This document shows, piece after piece, positions 20,074-30,609 of a stretch of 64,000 nucleotides of DNA. The stretch covers positions 18,741 through 82,740 of the forward strand of contig JAJEIH010000150.1 in assembly GCA_022827685.1 (NCBI GenBank). Reading direction: 5' to 3'. Position numbers and translations under genes: made by a program. The stretch is from Alphaproteobacteria bacterium. GTDB lineage: Bacteria; Pseudomonadota; Alphaproteobacteria; Bin95. The notes under the pieces were generated by a model. That model searched no databases, was not told the DNA's origin, and was given only the letters and a program-made list of their open reading frames with translations. Within the stretch, counting starts at the first letter, position 1; the number at the start of each line of letters is the position of its first letter.

Positions 20074-21725
20074 TCCTCCGCGCGCCACTCCTCGATCCAG
20101 AGCGTGGTCGGATACTGGTGACCGGTCGGCGTCACGCCCTTCAGCCACTTCGGAAAGACATAGGGCGTGGCGCGGAAATAGAGCGGCAGCACCGGCAGGT
20201 CGCGCGCATAGGCGGCCTGGAGCTCCGCCCAGAGCGCGCGCCGCTTCCCGCGGTCCAGCTCCACCTCGATTTCGTCGAGCAGCCTGTCCACATCCGGGTT
20301 GCGGTAGCCGGTGTAGTTCTGTCCGGACCAGTTGTTCTCCGCCGTCGGGATCATGGTGGAGTGCAGCGTCGAGCGCGGCACGCTCTCCGGCGACGAGAGC
20401 CAGGCATACATGGCGAGGCCCGGGAATTGCCGCTTCGAGACCGTCTCGCCGAAGAACACCCGCGCCGGCTGGTTGCGGATGCGCACATCGATGCCGACAT
20501 CCTTCCACGCCGCCTGCAGCACCTGCTGCACGAGTTCGCGCGAGCGGTTGCCGGCGGTGGTGCCGAGTTCGAGCCGGAGTGGCTCTCCGGCGGCGTTGCG
20601 GCGGGGCGCGCCCGGCCCATCACTGGTCCACCCCGCTTCGTCCAGCAGCCTCCGCGCCGCGTCCGGGTCGAACGGCGTCTTCGGCAGGTCCGGGTCATAG
20701 ACCCAGTCGAGCGGGCTGACCGGCCCGTGCGCCACCGGCTGGCGGCCGAAAAAGAGGCGCTTCGAGATCGTCTCCCGGTCGATGGCGTGCAGCAGCGCGC
20801 GCCTCACCCGGACATCGGCCAGCGCCGGATTGTCGAGGTTGAGGTCGATATGCTCGTAGATCAGCCCCGCCTTGTAGGCGAAATCCCAGGCGCCGCCCTC
20901 GCGCTGCTCCATGGCGGCGGCCTGGTCGAGGCTGAGGCCGAGTTCGCCGGCGATGTAGTCGATGGCGCCGGAGCGCAGATTGACCTCGAGCGCCGCCGTG
21001 TTCTCGACGATGCGGATGATGACCGTCCCGAAGGCCGCCGGCTTGCCCCACCAGGTCGGGTTGCGCTTCAGCTCGATGGCGGCGCCCGGCTCCACGCGGA
21101 CCACCCGGTAAGGCCCGAACCAGAGGCCGGGATTGGCGCTGTCGGCGTCGAAGGCGGTCCGGTTCCGGTATTCGGCCGGGTCGGCGTCGAAATTGGCGCG
21201 GTCGATATGGGCGGGAAGCACAAGGACGCCGACATCGTTGTAGTCGAAGGTCACCCGGTCCAGATGTAGGGTGAACCGGCGATCGTCATGGATTTCCAGT
21301 TCCAGGATGCGCCGGAAGAGTTCCGCCGAGGCGACGCCCGATTGCGGGTGCTTGCCGACCTCGACGGCGAAAGCCACGTCCCTCGTCGTCACCGGCGCGC
21401 CGTCGCCCCAGCGCGCATCCGGGCGGATGGCGTAGGTGACGGCGATGCCCTCCTTGCCCTCCGACGTCGTCTCGCGCACCGCCCCGCCGTTCTCGATGGT
21501 CGGAAGCTCGACGCAGAGCATGCAGACGAGCCGCCACTCCGGGTCGTAGGCGGTAAAGGGGCGCATGCCCATCGCGAGCGCATAGCTCTTCGCCAGCATC
21601 GAATCGATCAGCGGATGCAGGGTCGAGGGGAACTGGGTCATGCCGATGACCAGCCGCTCCTTCGCCCCGGCAGGCAGCGCGGCGGCGAAGGACAGCAGGA
21701 CTGCAACGGCGAAAGCCCGGATCAT
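20070..21725 (-). CDS. ABC transporter substrate-binding protein, family 5 (peptide/nickel type)
   Basis: 551 aa with a signal peptide (MIRAFAVAVLLSFAAALPAGA). Size and sequence are typical of family 5 SBPs. Confidence 0.9.
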   Translation of the reverse strand: MIRAFAVAVLLSFAAALPAGAKERLVIGMTQFPSTLHPLIDSMLAKSYALAMGMRPFTAYDPEWRLVCMLCVELPTIENGGAVRETTSEGKEGIAVTYAIRPDARWGDGAPVTTRDVAFAVEVGKHPQSGVASAELFRRILELEIHDDRRFTLHLDRVTFDYNDVGVLVLPAHIDRANFDADPAEYRNRTAFDADSANPGLWFGPYRVVRVEPGAAIELKRNPTWWGKPAAFGTVIIRIVENTAALEVNLRSGAIDYIAGELGLSLDQAAAMEQREGGAWDFAYKAGLIYEHIDLNLDNPALADVRVRRALLHAIDRETISKRLFFGRQPVAHGPVSPLDWVYDPDLPKTPFDPDAARRLLDEAGWTSDGPGAPRRNAAGEPLRLELGTTAGNRSRELVQQVLQAAWKDVGIDVRIRNQPARVFFGETVSKRQFPGLAMYAWLSSPESVPRSTLHSTMIPTAENNWSGQNYTGYRNPDVDRLLDEIEVELDRGKRRALWAELQAAYARDLPVLPLYFRATPYVFPKWLKGVTPTGHQYPTTLWIEEWRAEE

Positions 21726-21801
21726 GGCGCGAAACTCCCTGGGCGGCAGAGAATGAAGTTACCCGTTCGACCGGAACGGCGGAAACCCGCCCGATTTGTA
21801 C

Positions 21802-22476
21802 TCAGCCCGTCACTGCGTCCAGCCAGTCCTCCAGGCTTTCGGCGGTGTGGTGGACGGCGGCGGGCTCCATGCCGCGGGCGCCCTGGGGGCGTTCGGTGCG
21901 CAGCCACACGGTCGTCATGCCGGAAGCGGCGGCCGGGACGAGATTGCGGGCCATGTCCTCCACCATCACGGCGCGGCGCGGATCGATGGCGTGGCGGGCG
22001 AGCAGGCGCCGGTAGCCTTCCGGGTCCGGCTTGGGCAGGAGCCCGGCGGCTTCGACATCGAACACCGCCTCGAAATGCGCGCCGAGGCCGAGCCGGTCCA
22101 GCACGCGCTCGGCATGGGCGACGGTTGCGTTGGTGTGGATCAGCCGCCGGCCCGGCAGTCCGGCAATCAGCCGTTGCAGGCGCGGCGACGGGCGAAGCGA
22201 GGAAAGATCGAGGCGGTGGGTTTCCTCAAGGTAGTCATGCGGGTCCGCGCCGCATTCCGCGATCACGCCGCCGAGGGTCATCCCGTAGCGGCCGTGCCAC
22301 ACGCCGCGCAGCCGGTCGGCTTCATCCGCCGGAATGTCCAGATGGCGCTGGATGAAGGCGGAGATCGCCGCTTCCATCTGCTCCGGGATATCGCAGTCCG
22401 ACGGGCTGTAGAGCGTGTTGTCGAGGTCGAAGATCCAGCAGTCCACGCGGCCGGGATCGGGGAACGGGTCCTTCAT
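21802..22476 (-). CDS. HAD family hydrolase (pyrimidine 5'-nucleotidase-like)
   Basis: 224 aa starting [14 protein letters not shown] nucleophile motif. ATGA overlap with the argB stop. Confidence 0.8.
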   Translation of the reverse strand: MKDPFPDPGRVDCWIFDLDNTLYSPSDCDIPEQMEAAISAFIQRHLDIPADEADRLRGVWHGRYGMTLGGVIAECGADPHDYLEETHRLDLSSLRPSPRLQRLIAGLPGRRLIHTNATVAHAERVLDRLGLGAHFEAVFDVEAAGLLPKPDPEGYRRLLARHAIDPRRAVMVEDMARNLVPAAASGMTTVWLRTERPQGARGMEPAAVHHTAESLEDWLDAVTG

Positions 22477-23393
22477 TGCCGACGGATCAGCGTGCCCGCG
22501 CCCGAATGCGTCAGGATTTCCAGCAGCACGGCATGGTCCATCCGCCCGTCCAGGATCACCGCCGCCTCGACCCCGCCCTCGACGGCGTCGAGGCAGGTCT
22601 CCACCTTCGGGATCATGCCGCCCCTGATCGCGCCGTCGGCGATCATCCGCCGGGCGCGGCCGTGGTCCATTTCGGGAATGAGCGCGCCTTCCTCGTCGAG
22701 CACGCCCGCCACGTCGGTCAGCAGCAGGAAACGGCGCGCCTTGCAGGCGGCGGCGATGGCCCCGGCGGCGGTGTCCGCGTTGATGTTGTAGGTCTCGCCG
22801 TCCTCGCCGAGGCCGATGGGCGCGACCACCGGAATGAAGCCCGCCTGCGCCAGCGCGTCGATCACGCCCGTATCGACCCGGGAAGGCTCGCCGACGAAGC
22901 CGAGGTCGAGCGCCTTCTCGATGTTCGATTCCGGGTCGCGGCGCATACGCTTCAGGCGCTTCGCGCTCAACAGCCCGGCATCCTTGCCGGAGAGGCCGAC
23001 GGCGCGTCCGCCGGCCCTGCCGATAGCGGCGGCCACTGCCTTGTTGATGCGGCCCGCCAGCACCATCTCGACGATCTCGACCGTCTCGGCGGTCGTCACC
23101 CGGAGCCCGTCCACGAAGTCGCTGCCGATGCCGAGGCGCTCCAGCATGCCCCCGATCTGCGGGCCGCCGCCATGCACCACCACGGGGTGGATGCCGATCT
23201 GCTTCATCAGCACCACGTCGCGCGCAAAGCCGGCGAGCGCGTCGGCGTCGCCCATCGCATGGCCGCCATATTTGACGACGACGGTGGCGCCGGCGTAGCG
23301 CGCAATATGCGGCGCCGCCTCCGACAGCACGGCCGCTTTCGCGATGCCGTCGGCAAGCATGCCGGCAAGCGGACCGGCGGCGGTCTCGGTCAT
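22473..23393 (-). CDS. argB: acetylglutamate kinase
   Basis: [18 protein letters not shown] and NINADTAAG motifs; 306 aa. ATGA overlap with the engB stop. Confidence 0.95.
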   Translation of the reverse strand: MTETAAGPLAGMLADGIAKAAVLSEAAPHIARYAGATVVVKYGGHAMGDADALAGFARDVVLMKQIGIHPVVVHGGGPQIGGMLERLGIGSDFVDGLRVTTAETVEIVEMVLAGRINKAVAAAIGRAGGRAVGLSGKDAGLLSAKRLKRMRRDPESNIEKALDLGFVGEPSRVDTGVIDALAQAGFIPVVAPIGLGEDGETYNINADTAAGAIAAACKARRFLLLTDVAGVLDEEGALIPEMDHGRARRMIADGAIRGGMIPKVETCLDAVEGGVEAAVILDGRMDHAVLLEILTHSGAGTLIRRQ

Positions 23394-24046
23394 GGTCCGG
23401 GCTCCTCTGCAAGGGCGGCGAGTTCGGCGCGGAGCCGGGGGACGCCGTCGCCGTCGCGGGCGCTGGTGGCGATGACGGCAGGATGCGCGGCGGCCCGGCG
23501 GGCAATCCCGGCCTCGATCCCGGCAACGGCGCGCTCGCGCGCCGGAAGGGCGAGCTTGTCTATCTTGGTCAGCACCACCTGATAGACAACCGCTGCGCGG
23601 TCGAGCACTTCCATCAGTTCGGCGTCGCCGGGCTTCAGTCCGTGCCGGGCATCGACCAGCAGGCAGAGACGGCGGAGCGTCGCCCGCCCGGCGAGATAGT
23701 CGCGGGTGAGCGCCGTCCAGGCCGCCGCCTTCGTTTTCGACACCTTCGCGTAGCCGTAGCCGGGCAGATCGACGAGGCCGAGCCGGCCGGCGAGGTCGAA
23801 GAAGATCAGCGCCTGGGTGCGGCCCGGCGTGTTGGAGGTGCGCGCTAGGCTCCTGCGGCCGGTCAGCGCGTTCACGAGGCTCGACTTGCCGACATTGGAG
23901 CGTCCCGCGAACGCGACTTCCGGCAGCCCGGCCGGGGGAAGCTGGCCGGCTTCGGCCGCAGCGGCCGTGAAGCGGCACTCCCCGGCGAAGAGCCGCCGGC
24001 CGCGCTCCAGTTCCAGGGCGTCTTCCAACGAGCCGGGCTGGCACAC
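23390..24046 (-). CDS. engB: ribosome biogenesis GTP-binding protein YihA/YsxC
   Basis: G1 motif [15 protein letters not shown]3 DLPGYG, NKxD-like LTKIDK. Confidence 0.9.
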   Translation of the reverse strand: MCQPGSLEDALELERGRRLFAGECRFTAAAAEAGQLPPAGLPEVAFAGRSNVGKSSLVNALTGRRSLARTSNTPGRTQALIFFDLAGRLGLVDLPGYGYAKVSKTKAAAWTALTRDYLAGRATLRRLCLLVDARHGLKPGDAELMEVLDRAAVVYQVVLTKIDKLALPARERAVAGIEAGIARRAAAHPAVIATSARDGDGVPRLRAELAALAEEPGP

Positions 24047-24058
24047 GGGCCGCGGACC

Positions 24059-25807
24059 TCAGGTCTTTCCGGCCGCCGTGCGGGTTACGCCGTGGCGGCG
24101 CATGATGACCCATTGCTGCGCCATGGAGAGGAGGTTGTTCCAGGTCCAGTAGATCACCAGTCCGGCCGGGAAGGTCGCCAGCAGGAAGGTGAAGACCAGC
24201 GGCATGAACTGGAAGATCTTGGCCTGGATGGGGTCGGCGGGCGTCGGGTTGAGCCGCATCTGCGCCCACATGGAAAGGCCCATCAGGATCGGCCAGACGC
24301 CGATATGCAGGAAGGAGGGCGGCCCCCAGTCCACCAGCCCGAAGAGCGTGAAAAGGTTCGTCGGATCGACCGCCGACAGGTCCTCGATCCAGCCGTAGAA
24401 CGGCGCGTGGCGCATCTCGATGGCCACGAACAGCACCTTGTAGAGCGCAAAGAAGACCGGGATCTGGATGAGGATCGGGAGACAGCCGGCGGCCGGGTTG
24501 ACCTTCTCGCGCTTGTAGAGGGCCATCATTTCCTGGTTGAGCTTCTGCCGGTCGTCGCCGAGGCGCTCGCGCAGCTTCAGCATTTCCGGCTGCAGCGCCT
24601 TCATCTGGCTCATCGAGCGGTAGGACTTGTTCGCCAGCGGGAAGAAGACCAGCTTGACCCCCACCGTGAGCGCTAGGATCGCCAGGCCGAAATTGCCGAG
24701 CACGCCCTGCAGCCAGGACAAGGCGTAGAAGAACGGCTTGGTGAGGAAGTAGAACCAGCCGAAGTCGATGGCGAGGTCGAACTTGGCGAAGTCGAGGTCG
24801 TCGCGGTAGCGGTCCAGCAGATGGGCCTTCTTGGCGCCCGCGAAGACATGGTTGCGCACCGCGGCGCGCCCGCCGGGGGGCACGGTGACGGCGGTGCGCA
24901 GATAGTCCGTCTGGTATTTGTCGATGCCCTGTTCGAGCCTGTGCAGGAAGCGCGCGGTGAAGGCTTCGCCCGGTTCCGGGACGAGGGCCGTCAACCAGTA
25001 TTTGTCGGTGATGCCGAGCCAGCCCTGCGTATTCTCGACCTTGATCTCGCCGTCGTCCACGAGGTCGTCGTAGTCATGCTCCTCCAGGACTTCGCCGAGA
25101 ACCCCGAGCGGCCCTTCGTGCAGGATGAAGAAACCCGAGGTCTCCGGCGTGCCGGAGCGCGAGACGAGGCCGTAGGGATAGAGCGTGACCGGAAAGGCCG
25201 TGTCGTTGGCGACGGACTGCTCGACCGTCAGCAGGTAGTCGTCCGCAAGCTCGACGGTCCGGGAGAAGCGCAGGCCCGCGCCATTGTCCCAGGACAGCTT
25301 GAGCGGCCGTTCGCGGCTCAGCTGGCGGTCATTGGTGGCCCATAGCGTGGCGCCGGTCGGCACCGGCGTTGTCCCGTCGGCCGCGACCCAGCCGAGCTCG
25401 GCGTAGAAGGCCCCGCGCGTGCCGGGCGGGGACAAGAGGGTGATGAGCGCACTGTCGGGGTCGGGCGTCTGCCGGTAGTCCTTGAGCGTGATGCTGTCGA
25501 TGCGCGCTCCGGTGAGCGGGATCGAGCCGGAGACGCGGCCGTCCTCTATCGGGATGCGGGGCGCCTGCCCCTCACTCGCGGGCTGCCGGGCCGCGGACTG
25601 CGTCCCCGGAACGACGCCGGAGGGGGCGGGCAGTCCTCCGGGCGTCGGGATGGCGCCCGTCTCCACGCCGGGCGCGGGCGGCGCGCCGGGCGCGCCGGCC
25701 TCCTCCGTCGGGGGCGGCGGCTCCGGCGGCGGCATCATCATCTGGAACACCAGCAGGATGCCGATCGAGATGACGATCGCGAGGAGGAGGTTGCGGTTGT
25801 CGAGCAC
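24059..25807 (-). CDS. yidC: membrane protein insertase YidC
   Basis: 582 aa. N-terminal TM, large periplasmic domain, and conserved C-terminal 5-TM core ([28 protein letters not shown]). Confidence 0.95.
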   Translation of the reverse strand: MLDNRNLLLAIVISIGILLVFQMMMPPPEPPPPTEEAGAPGAPPAPGVETGAIPTPGGLPAPSGVVPGTQSAARQPASEGQAPRIPIEDGRVSGSIPLTGARIDSITLKDYRQTPDPDSALITLLSPPGTRGAFYAELGWVAADGTTPVPTGATLWATNDRQLSRERPLKLSWDNGAGLRFSRTVELADDYLLTVEQSVANDTAFPVTLYPYGLVSRSGTPETSGFFILHEGPLGVLGEVLEEHDYDDLVDDGEIKVENTQGWLGITDKYWLTALVPEPGEAFTARFLHRLEQGIDKYQTDYLRTAVTVPPGGRAAVRNHVFAGAKKAHLLDRYRDDLDFAKFDLAIDFGWFYFLTKPFFYALSWLQGVLGNFGLAILALTVGVKLVFFPLANKSYRSMSQMKALQPEMLKLRERLGDDRQKLNQEMMALYKREKVNPAAGCLPILIQIPVFFALYKVLFVAIEMRHAPFYGWIEDLSAVDPTNLFTLFGLVDWGPPSFLHIGVWPILMGLSMWAQMRLNPTPADPIQAKIFQFMPLVFTFLLATFPAGLVIYWTWNNLLSMAQQWVIMRRHGVTRTAAGKT

Positions 25808-25824
25808 GGGGCGGAAGCGTCCGT

Positions 25825-26058
25825 TCAGCGGCGGTGGGCGCCGTGTTCCGGCGGCACCGGGTCATAGCCCGAACCGCCCCATGGGTGGCAGCGGGCGAGG
25901 CGTTTCGCCGCAAGCCAGCCGCCGCGCAGCACGCCATGCGAGTCGATGGCCTCCAGCGCAAAGGTGGAGCATGTCGGCATATAGCGGCAATTCGCCGGCA
26001 GCCAAGGCGAGATCAGCCAGCGATAGGCGTAGATCGGCGCCTTGAGCAGCAGCCTCAT
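25825..26058 (-). CDS. yidD: membrane protein insertion efficiency factor YidD
   Basis: [15 protein letters not shown] and [14 protein letters not shown] motifs. ATGA overlap with the rnpA stop. Confidence 0.9.
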   Translation of the reverse strand: MRLLLKAPIYAYRWLISPWLPANCRYMPTCSTFALEAIDSHGVLRGGWLAAKRLARCHPWGGSGYDPVPPEHGAHRR

Positions 26059-26387
26059 CGCCGTTCGACCCGCTCGGCGGCGGCCCTGAGGTCGCCGGTC
26101 AGCGCCTCCCAGCCCCGGGTCAGCGCGGCGCGGCGGCCGATCACGACATAGTCCCTGCCGGGGCGGGGCTCCAACGACTCGCGCACGGCCGCGCGCAGGC
26201 GCCGGCGCACCCGGTTGCGTTCGACGGCGTTTCCGACCTTTTTCGACACGGTGTAGCCCACCTGCATGGGGCCGTCGTCGCCGCGCTCGCGCATCTGCAG
26301 CACGAGCCCGGCCGCGGCCCAGCGGCGGCCGGCCGCACGGACGCGGAGGAAGTCGGCGCGTTTCCTGAGCGTCCGGGGGGTGTCCAT
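26055..26387 (-). CDS. rnpA: ribonuclease P protein component
   Basis: 110 aa starting [30 protein letters not shown] (RNR motif). Lies between rpmH and yidD. Confidence 0.9.
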   Translation of the reverse strand: MDTPRTLRKRADFLRVRAAGRRWAAAGLVLQMRERGDDGPMQVGYTVSKKVGNAVERNRVRRRLRAAVRESLEPRPGRDYVVIGRRAALTRGWEALTGDLRAAAERVERR

Positions 26388-26407
26388 GCGGGTCGGCGGG
26401 GCCGGGC

Positions 26408-26542
26408 TCAGGCCGAGAGGACCTTGCGCCCCTTGGCGCGCCGCCGTTTCAGCACGCGGCGGCCGCCCACGGTCGCCTTGCGGGCACGAAAGCCGTGGCG
26501 CCGCTTGCGCACGAGGCGGCTCGGCTGGAAAGTGCGTTTCAC
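26408..26542 (-). CDS. rpmH: 50S ribosomal protein L34
   Basis: Not in the ORF track (GTG start, 44 aa). Manual translation of the minus strand gives (M)[43 protein letters not shown], then TGA at 26408-26410. Canonical rpmH-rnpA-yidD-yidC order. Confidence 0.92.
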   Translation of the reverse strand: MKRTFQPSRLVRKRRHGFRARKATVGGRRVLKRRRAKGRKVLSA

Positions 26543-26669
26543 GGAAAATGGACTCCATCGCGGAGGATATTACGGCCGCTGGCCGCATCCGGATGGCCGG
26601 ATAATGGAGATACCCCGTCCGGCTGTCAACGCTATGATGGCGGGACGCGGACGACGCGGAGATGTGTGA

Positions 26670-27401
26670 ATGGCCGCTACCGGACGGCGCCCGCTCGGCG
26701 GCGCGGCGAAACGCCTTTCGATCCTGGCGGTGCTGGCGGCCGGCCTCGCCGGATTCTTCGCCGCCGGGCTCCATGAGCAAGTGAGCTTCGAGGCGCTGAG
26801 GGACAACCGGGAGATGCTGGCCTCCTGGGTCGAGGCGAACCTTTTGCTCGCGCTGCTCGCCTATCTGGCGGGCTATGCCGTCGTCATCGCCTTCTCGCTG
26901 CCGGTGGGCGCGGTCGCGACCATTTCCGGCGGGTTCTTCTTCGGGCTCTGGTTCGGCACCGCGGCCACGGTCGTCGGCGCCACGCTCGGCGCGACGGCCC
27001 TGTTCGTCGCGGCGCAGACCGTGCTTGGGGACCGCCTGCGCGCCAGGGTCGGGGCGGCGCTCGAACGCATGGACAGCGGCTTCCGGGACAACGCCTTCAA
27101 CTACCTGCTGGTGCTCAGGCTGGTGCCGCTTTTCCCGTTCGTCCTCGTCAACATCGCGCCGGCCTTCGCCAATGTGCGGCTTGCGACCTATGTCAGCGCC
27201 ACCTTCATCGGCATCATCCCCGGCACCTTCGTCTATACGAGCGTCGGCAACGGGCTGGGCGCGGTATTCGACAGCGGCGGCGAGCCGGAGCTCGGCCTCA
27301 TCCTGGAGCCGGAAATCCTGCTGCCGATCCTGGGTCTTTCCGTGCTGGCGCTGGTGCCGGTGGCCTACAGGCGTTTCCGGCGCGCCCCGCCGACCGCATG
27401 A
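26670..27401 (+). CDS. TVP38/TMEM64 family (DedA-related) membrane protein
   Basis: 243 aa, multi-TM. LRLVPLFPFVLVNIAPA motif typical of the family. Confidence 0.85.
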   Translation: MAATGRRPLGGAAKRLSILAVLAAGLAGFFAAGLHEQVSFEALRDNREMLASWVEANLLLALLAYLAGYAVVIAFSLPVGAVATISGGFFFGLWFGTAATVVGATLGATALFVAAQTVLGDRLRARVGAALERMDSGFRDNAFNYLLVLRLVPLFPFVLVNIAPAFANVRLATYVSATFIGIIPGTFVYTSVGNGLGAVFDSGGEPELGLILEPEILLPILGLSVLALVPVAYRRFRRAPPTA

Positions 27402-28777
27402 TGCGGCTGCCGCGCTCGTTTCGCTCGCTTTCGGCGCGCCTGCTCGTGCTCACCGTGTTTTTCGTCATGCTGGCGGAACTGCTGATCTACGCGCCGTCCA
27501 TCGCGCGCTTCCGGGTCGTCTATCTGGCGGACCGGCTGGCGGATGCCCATATCGCCGCGCTCGCCCTGGAGGCGGCGCCGACCAGGGCCGTCGATGAGGC
27601 GCTGGAAATGCGCCTGTTGCGCCAGGTGTCGGCCTACAGCGTCGAGCTCAGGGTGGGCGACCACACGACCTACATGCTCGGCGGCAGCATGCCGCCCGAA
27701 GTGGACGCCGCCTTCGATCTGGACGAGACCATGGCGGTCTCTTCGATATGGGACGCCGCATATACGCTCGCCCAGACGGGGAACCGGGTGCTGCAGGTCA
27801 GCGGCGCCTCCTCCCGGGAGCCGGGCGCGCGGGTCGAGGTCACGATGGACGAGTGGCCGATGCGCGAGGAGATGATCGCCTATTCCGAGCGCATCCTGCT
27901 GCTCTCGCTGGTGATCTCGGCGCTCACGGCGGCGGCGGTCTTCCTCGCGCTGCACTGGCTCATGGTCCGCCCGATGAGCCGGCTGACGGAGGCGATGGTG
28001 CGCTTCGGCGCCGACCCGGAAGACCAGAGCCGCATTCACGGCCCCTCGGAGCGCAGCGACGAGATCGGCACGGCCGAACGCCAGCTTGCCGGGATGCAGC
28101 GCCGCCTCCACGCGGCGCTCAGCCACCGCGCGCATCTGGCGGCGGTGGGCGAGGGCGTGGCGAAGATCAACCACGACCTGCGCAACATGCTGGCCTCGGC
28201 CCAGCTTGTCTCCGACAGCCTCGGCGAGAGCCGCGACCCGCGCGTGCGCAAGGCCGTCCCGACCCTGGTGGGGGCGCTCGACCGGGCGGTCGGGCTCTGT
28301 ACCCGGGTGGTGGATTTCGCGCGCGCCGGCGGTCCCCGGCTCACCCTGGAGGCGGTGCCGCTGGCGGAGCTCATCGACGATGCGGCGGGCGTCGCGGGCA
28401 GGGGCGTGTCGTGGACCAGCGACATCGAGCCCGGGACGGCGGTCGAAGGCGACCGGGAGCAGCTGTTCCGCGTCTTCGCCAATCTCGCCCGCAATGCGGC
28501 GGAGGCCGGCGCCCGGACGGTTTCGGCGACGGCGAGACTGCGCGACGGGCGGGTGCATGTGACGGTCGCGGATGACGGCCCCGGCCTGCCGGAACGGGCG
28601 CGCGAAAACCTGTTCCGGCCGTTCCAGGGCTCGACCCGGCCGGACGGCTCCGGCCTCGGCCTTGCGATCGCGCGCGAGGTCATGCGCGCGCATGGCGGGT
28701 CCATCCGGTTGATTTCCTCCGGCGGCGAGGGAACTGTCTTCCGGCTTGATTTCGCAATGTGCAGGGAGCGTCGATGA
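27398..28777 (+). CDS. sensor histidine kinase (two TM segments, periplasmic loop, HAMP-like linker, HisKA, HATPase_c)
   Basis: H-box KINHDLRNML, N-box FANLARNA, G-boxes DDGPGL and GSGLGLAIA. ATGA overlap with the upstream gene. Confidence 0.88.
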   Translation: MMRLPRSFRSLSARLLVLTVFFVMLAELLIYAPSIARFRVVYLADRLADAHIAALALEAAPTRAVDEALEMRLLRQVSAYSVELRVGDHTTYMLGGSMPPEVDAAFDLDETMAVSSIWDAAYTLAQTGNRVLQVSGASSREPGARVEVTMDEWPMREEMIAYSERILLLSLVISALTAAAVFLALHWLMVRPMSRLTEAMVRFGADPEDQSRIHGPSERSDEIGTAERQLAGMQRRLHAALSHRAHLAAVGEGVAKINHDLRNMLASAQLVSDSLGESRDPRVRKAVPTLVGALDRAVGLCTRVVDFARAGGPRLTLEAVPLAELIDDAAGVAGRGVSWTSDIEPGTAVEGDREQLFRVFANLARNAAEAGARTVSATARLRDGRVHVTVADDGPGLPERARENLFRPFQGSTRPDGSGLGLAIAREVMRAHGGSIRLISSGGEGTVFRLDFAMCRERR

Positions 28778-29565
28778 CCACAAGAGGGGGCGGGGCCTGG
28801 AACCCCGGGCAATATCTGCGCTTCGGCGGGCACCGCCTGCGGCCGGCGCTCGAACTGTTTCAGCGGGTCGAGCACGACAATGTCCGCATCGCCGTCGATA
28901 TGGGCTGCGGGACCGGCGATATCGCCCGCGCGATGGCGGCGCGCTGGCCGGGAGCGGAGGTGCGCGGGCACGACCTCTCCGAAGCGATGCTGGAAGCGGC
29001 CGCGGCGGCGGACCCGGACGCGCGCGTCTCCTGGTCGAGGGCCGACCTCCGCGACTGGCGATCCGACCGGCCCGTGGACGTGCTTTACGCCAACGCCGTT
29101 TACCAGTGGGCGGACGACCACGGGGCGCTCTTTCCGAGGCTGCTGGGCGCGCTGGCGCCGGGGGGCGTGTTCGCGGCGCAGATGCCGATGAGCTGGCCGG
29201 AGCCGAGCCATGAGGGCCTGCGCGCGGTCCTCGACGAACACGGCTTCGGCACCCCGGAATTGCGGACCCGGCTCGCGCGCAAATGGGTCGCGGAGGCCGA
29301 CTGGTATTACGACCTTTTCCGCCCGCTGGTGTCCGAACTGGATATCTGGGAGACGCGCTACGTCCAGGTGCTCGAGGGCGAGGACCCGGTGCTGGAATGG
29401 GTGAAGGGCACGGGGCTCCGCCCGGTTCTGGAGGCGCTGGAAGGCGAGGAGAAGGACCGCTTCCTCGCCCTCTACGCCGCCCGTCTGCGCGAACTCTATC
29501 CGAGGCGCGAAGGCGGCGAGACCCTCTACCCCTTCCCCCGCCTGTTCATCGTGGCGAGGCTGTAG
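28774..29565 (+). CDS. tam: trans-aconitate 2-methyltransferase-like SAM-dependent methyltransferase
   Basis: WNPGQYLRFGGHRLRPA N-terminus and SAM motif DMGCGTG. ATG at 28774 overlaps the kinase stop (ATGA) and follows GGGAG. Confidence 0.8.
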   Translation: MTTRGGGAWNPGQYLRFGGHRLRPALELFQRVEHDNVRIAVDMGCGTGDIARAMAARWPGAEVRGHDLSEAMLEAAAAADPDARVSWSRADLRDWRSDRPVDVLYANAVYQWADDHGALFPRLLGALAPGGVFAAQMPMSWPEPSHEGLRAVLDEHGFGTPELRTRLARKWVAEADWYYDLFRPLVSELDIWETRYVQVLEGEDPVLEWVKGTGLRPVLEALEGEEKDRFLALYAARLRELYPRREGGETLYPFPRLFIVARL

Positions 29566-30445
29566 GGAACAACGTCTCGATGACGGCGGTGTAGTAGTTC
29601 CGGGCGAAGCCGGCGTCGCGGGTCTGCTCCATGAGGTCGCGGGCGACGTTGGCGGCGCGCATCTCCATCCCGGCGCCCTCGGCGAAGTCGAGCGCGTAGG
29701 AGAGGTCCTTCAGGATGTAGTCGGTCGGGAAGGCCCCCTCGGTCGGGTGCTCGCCGGTCAGCAGGCATTTCATGCCGTGATTGCGCAGCACGAAGCTGTC
29801 GGCGGAGCTGCGCGCCAGCGTCTCGAACAGCACCCTGCCGTCCACCGCCCCCGAGGCGCGGGCGGCCGAGAGCGCTTCGGCAAGCGCCACCACCGTCATC
29901 GCGACGACCATGTTGTTCAGCAGCTTGACCGCCTGGCCCGCGCCCGCGCCGCCGCAATGGGTGGTCTCGGCGGCCATGCAGTCCAGCAGCGGGCGGATGC
30001 GCTCGAAGGTCTCCCCGCTGCCGCCCACCATGATCGAGAGCGTGCCGTCGATGGCGGCCTGCGCCGTGCGGGCGACGGGCGCATCGGCAAAGGCGACGCC
30101 GCGCCCGGCGCAGGCTTCCGCAAGCTCGCGGGCGAGATCGGGCGGCGCGGTCGAGCAGTCCACCAGCGCCTGCCCCGGCCCCATCGCCGCGACCAGGCCG
30201 CCGTCGCCCAGGCAGACGCTGCGCACCTGCGGCTCGCCCGGCAGCGACAGCAGCACCGTGCCGGCGCGGCGCGCGATCTCCTCCGGCCCCGCCGCCTCCG
30301 CGCCTTCGGCCGCCAGGCGCGCCGCCGGCTCCGGCCTCGTATCGTGGCAGAGCACCCGCCGGCCGGACTTCCTGAGAATGTTGCGGCACATCGGCTCGCC
30401 CATTACGCCGAGCCCGATGAATCCGACCGTGTTGTCGTCCGCCAT
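29546..30445 (-). CDS. NAD(P)-dependent oxidoreductase (3-hydroxyisobutyrate dehydrogenase family)
   Basis: GFIGLGVMGEPM dinucleotide motif directly after the MADDNTV start. Its 3' end overlaps the tam 3' end convergently by 20 nt. Confidence 0.85.
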   Translation of the reverse strand: MADDNTVGFIGLGVMGEPMCRNILRKSGRRVLCHDTRPEPAARLAAEGAEAAGPEEIARRAGTVLLSLPGEPQVRSVCLGDGGLVAAMGPGQALVDCSTAPPDLARELAEACAGRGVAFADAPVARTAQAAIDGTLSIMVGGSGETFERIRPLLDCMAAETTHCGGAGAGQAVKLLNNMVVAMTVVALAEALSAARASGAVDGRVLFETLARSSADSFVLRNHGMKCLLTGEHPTEGAFPTDYILKDLSYALDFAEGAGMEMRAANVARDLMEQTRDAGFARNYYTAVIETLFPTASPR

Positions 30446-30609
30446 GACCTGTATCCCGCAGCTTCGCAGTGCCTTTTGCAGCCGAAATCGTAGCATTCGG
30501 CGGGCTTCCCTGCGGCAATGTTTTCGCGGCGGCGAGGCGCGGGCTTTCCATGCGGGCAGGGTCTGTGCAAGACTGCGCCGCCGGTGCTAACCGAAACGGG
30601 AGAACCTCT

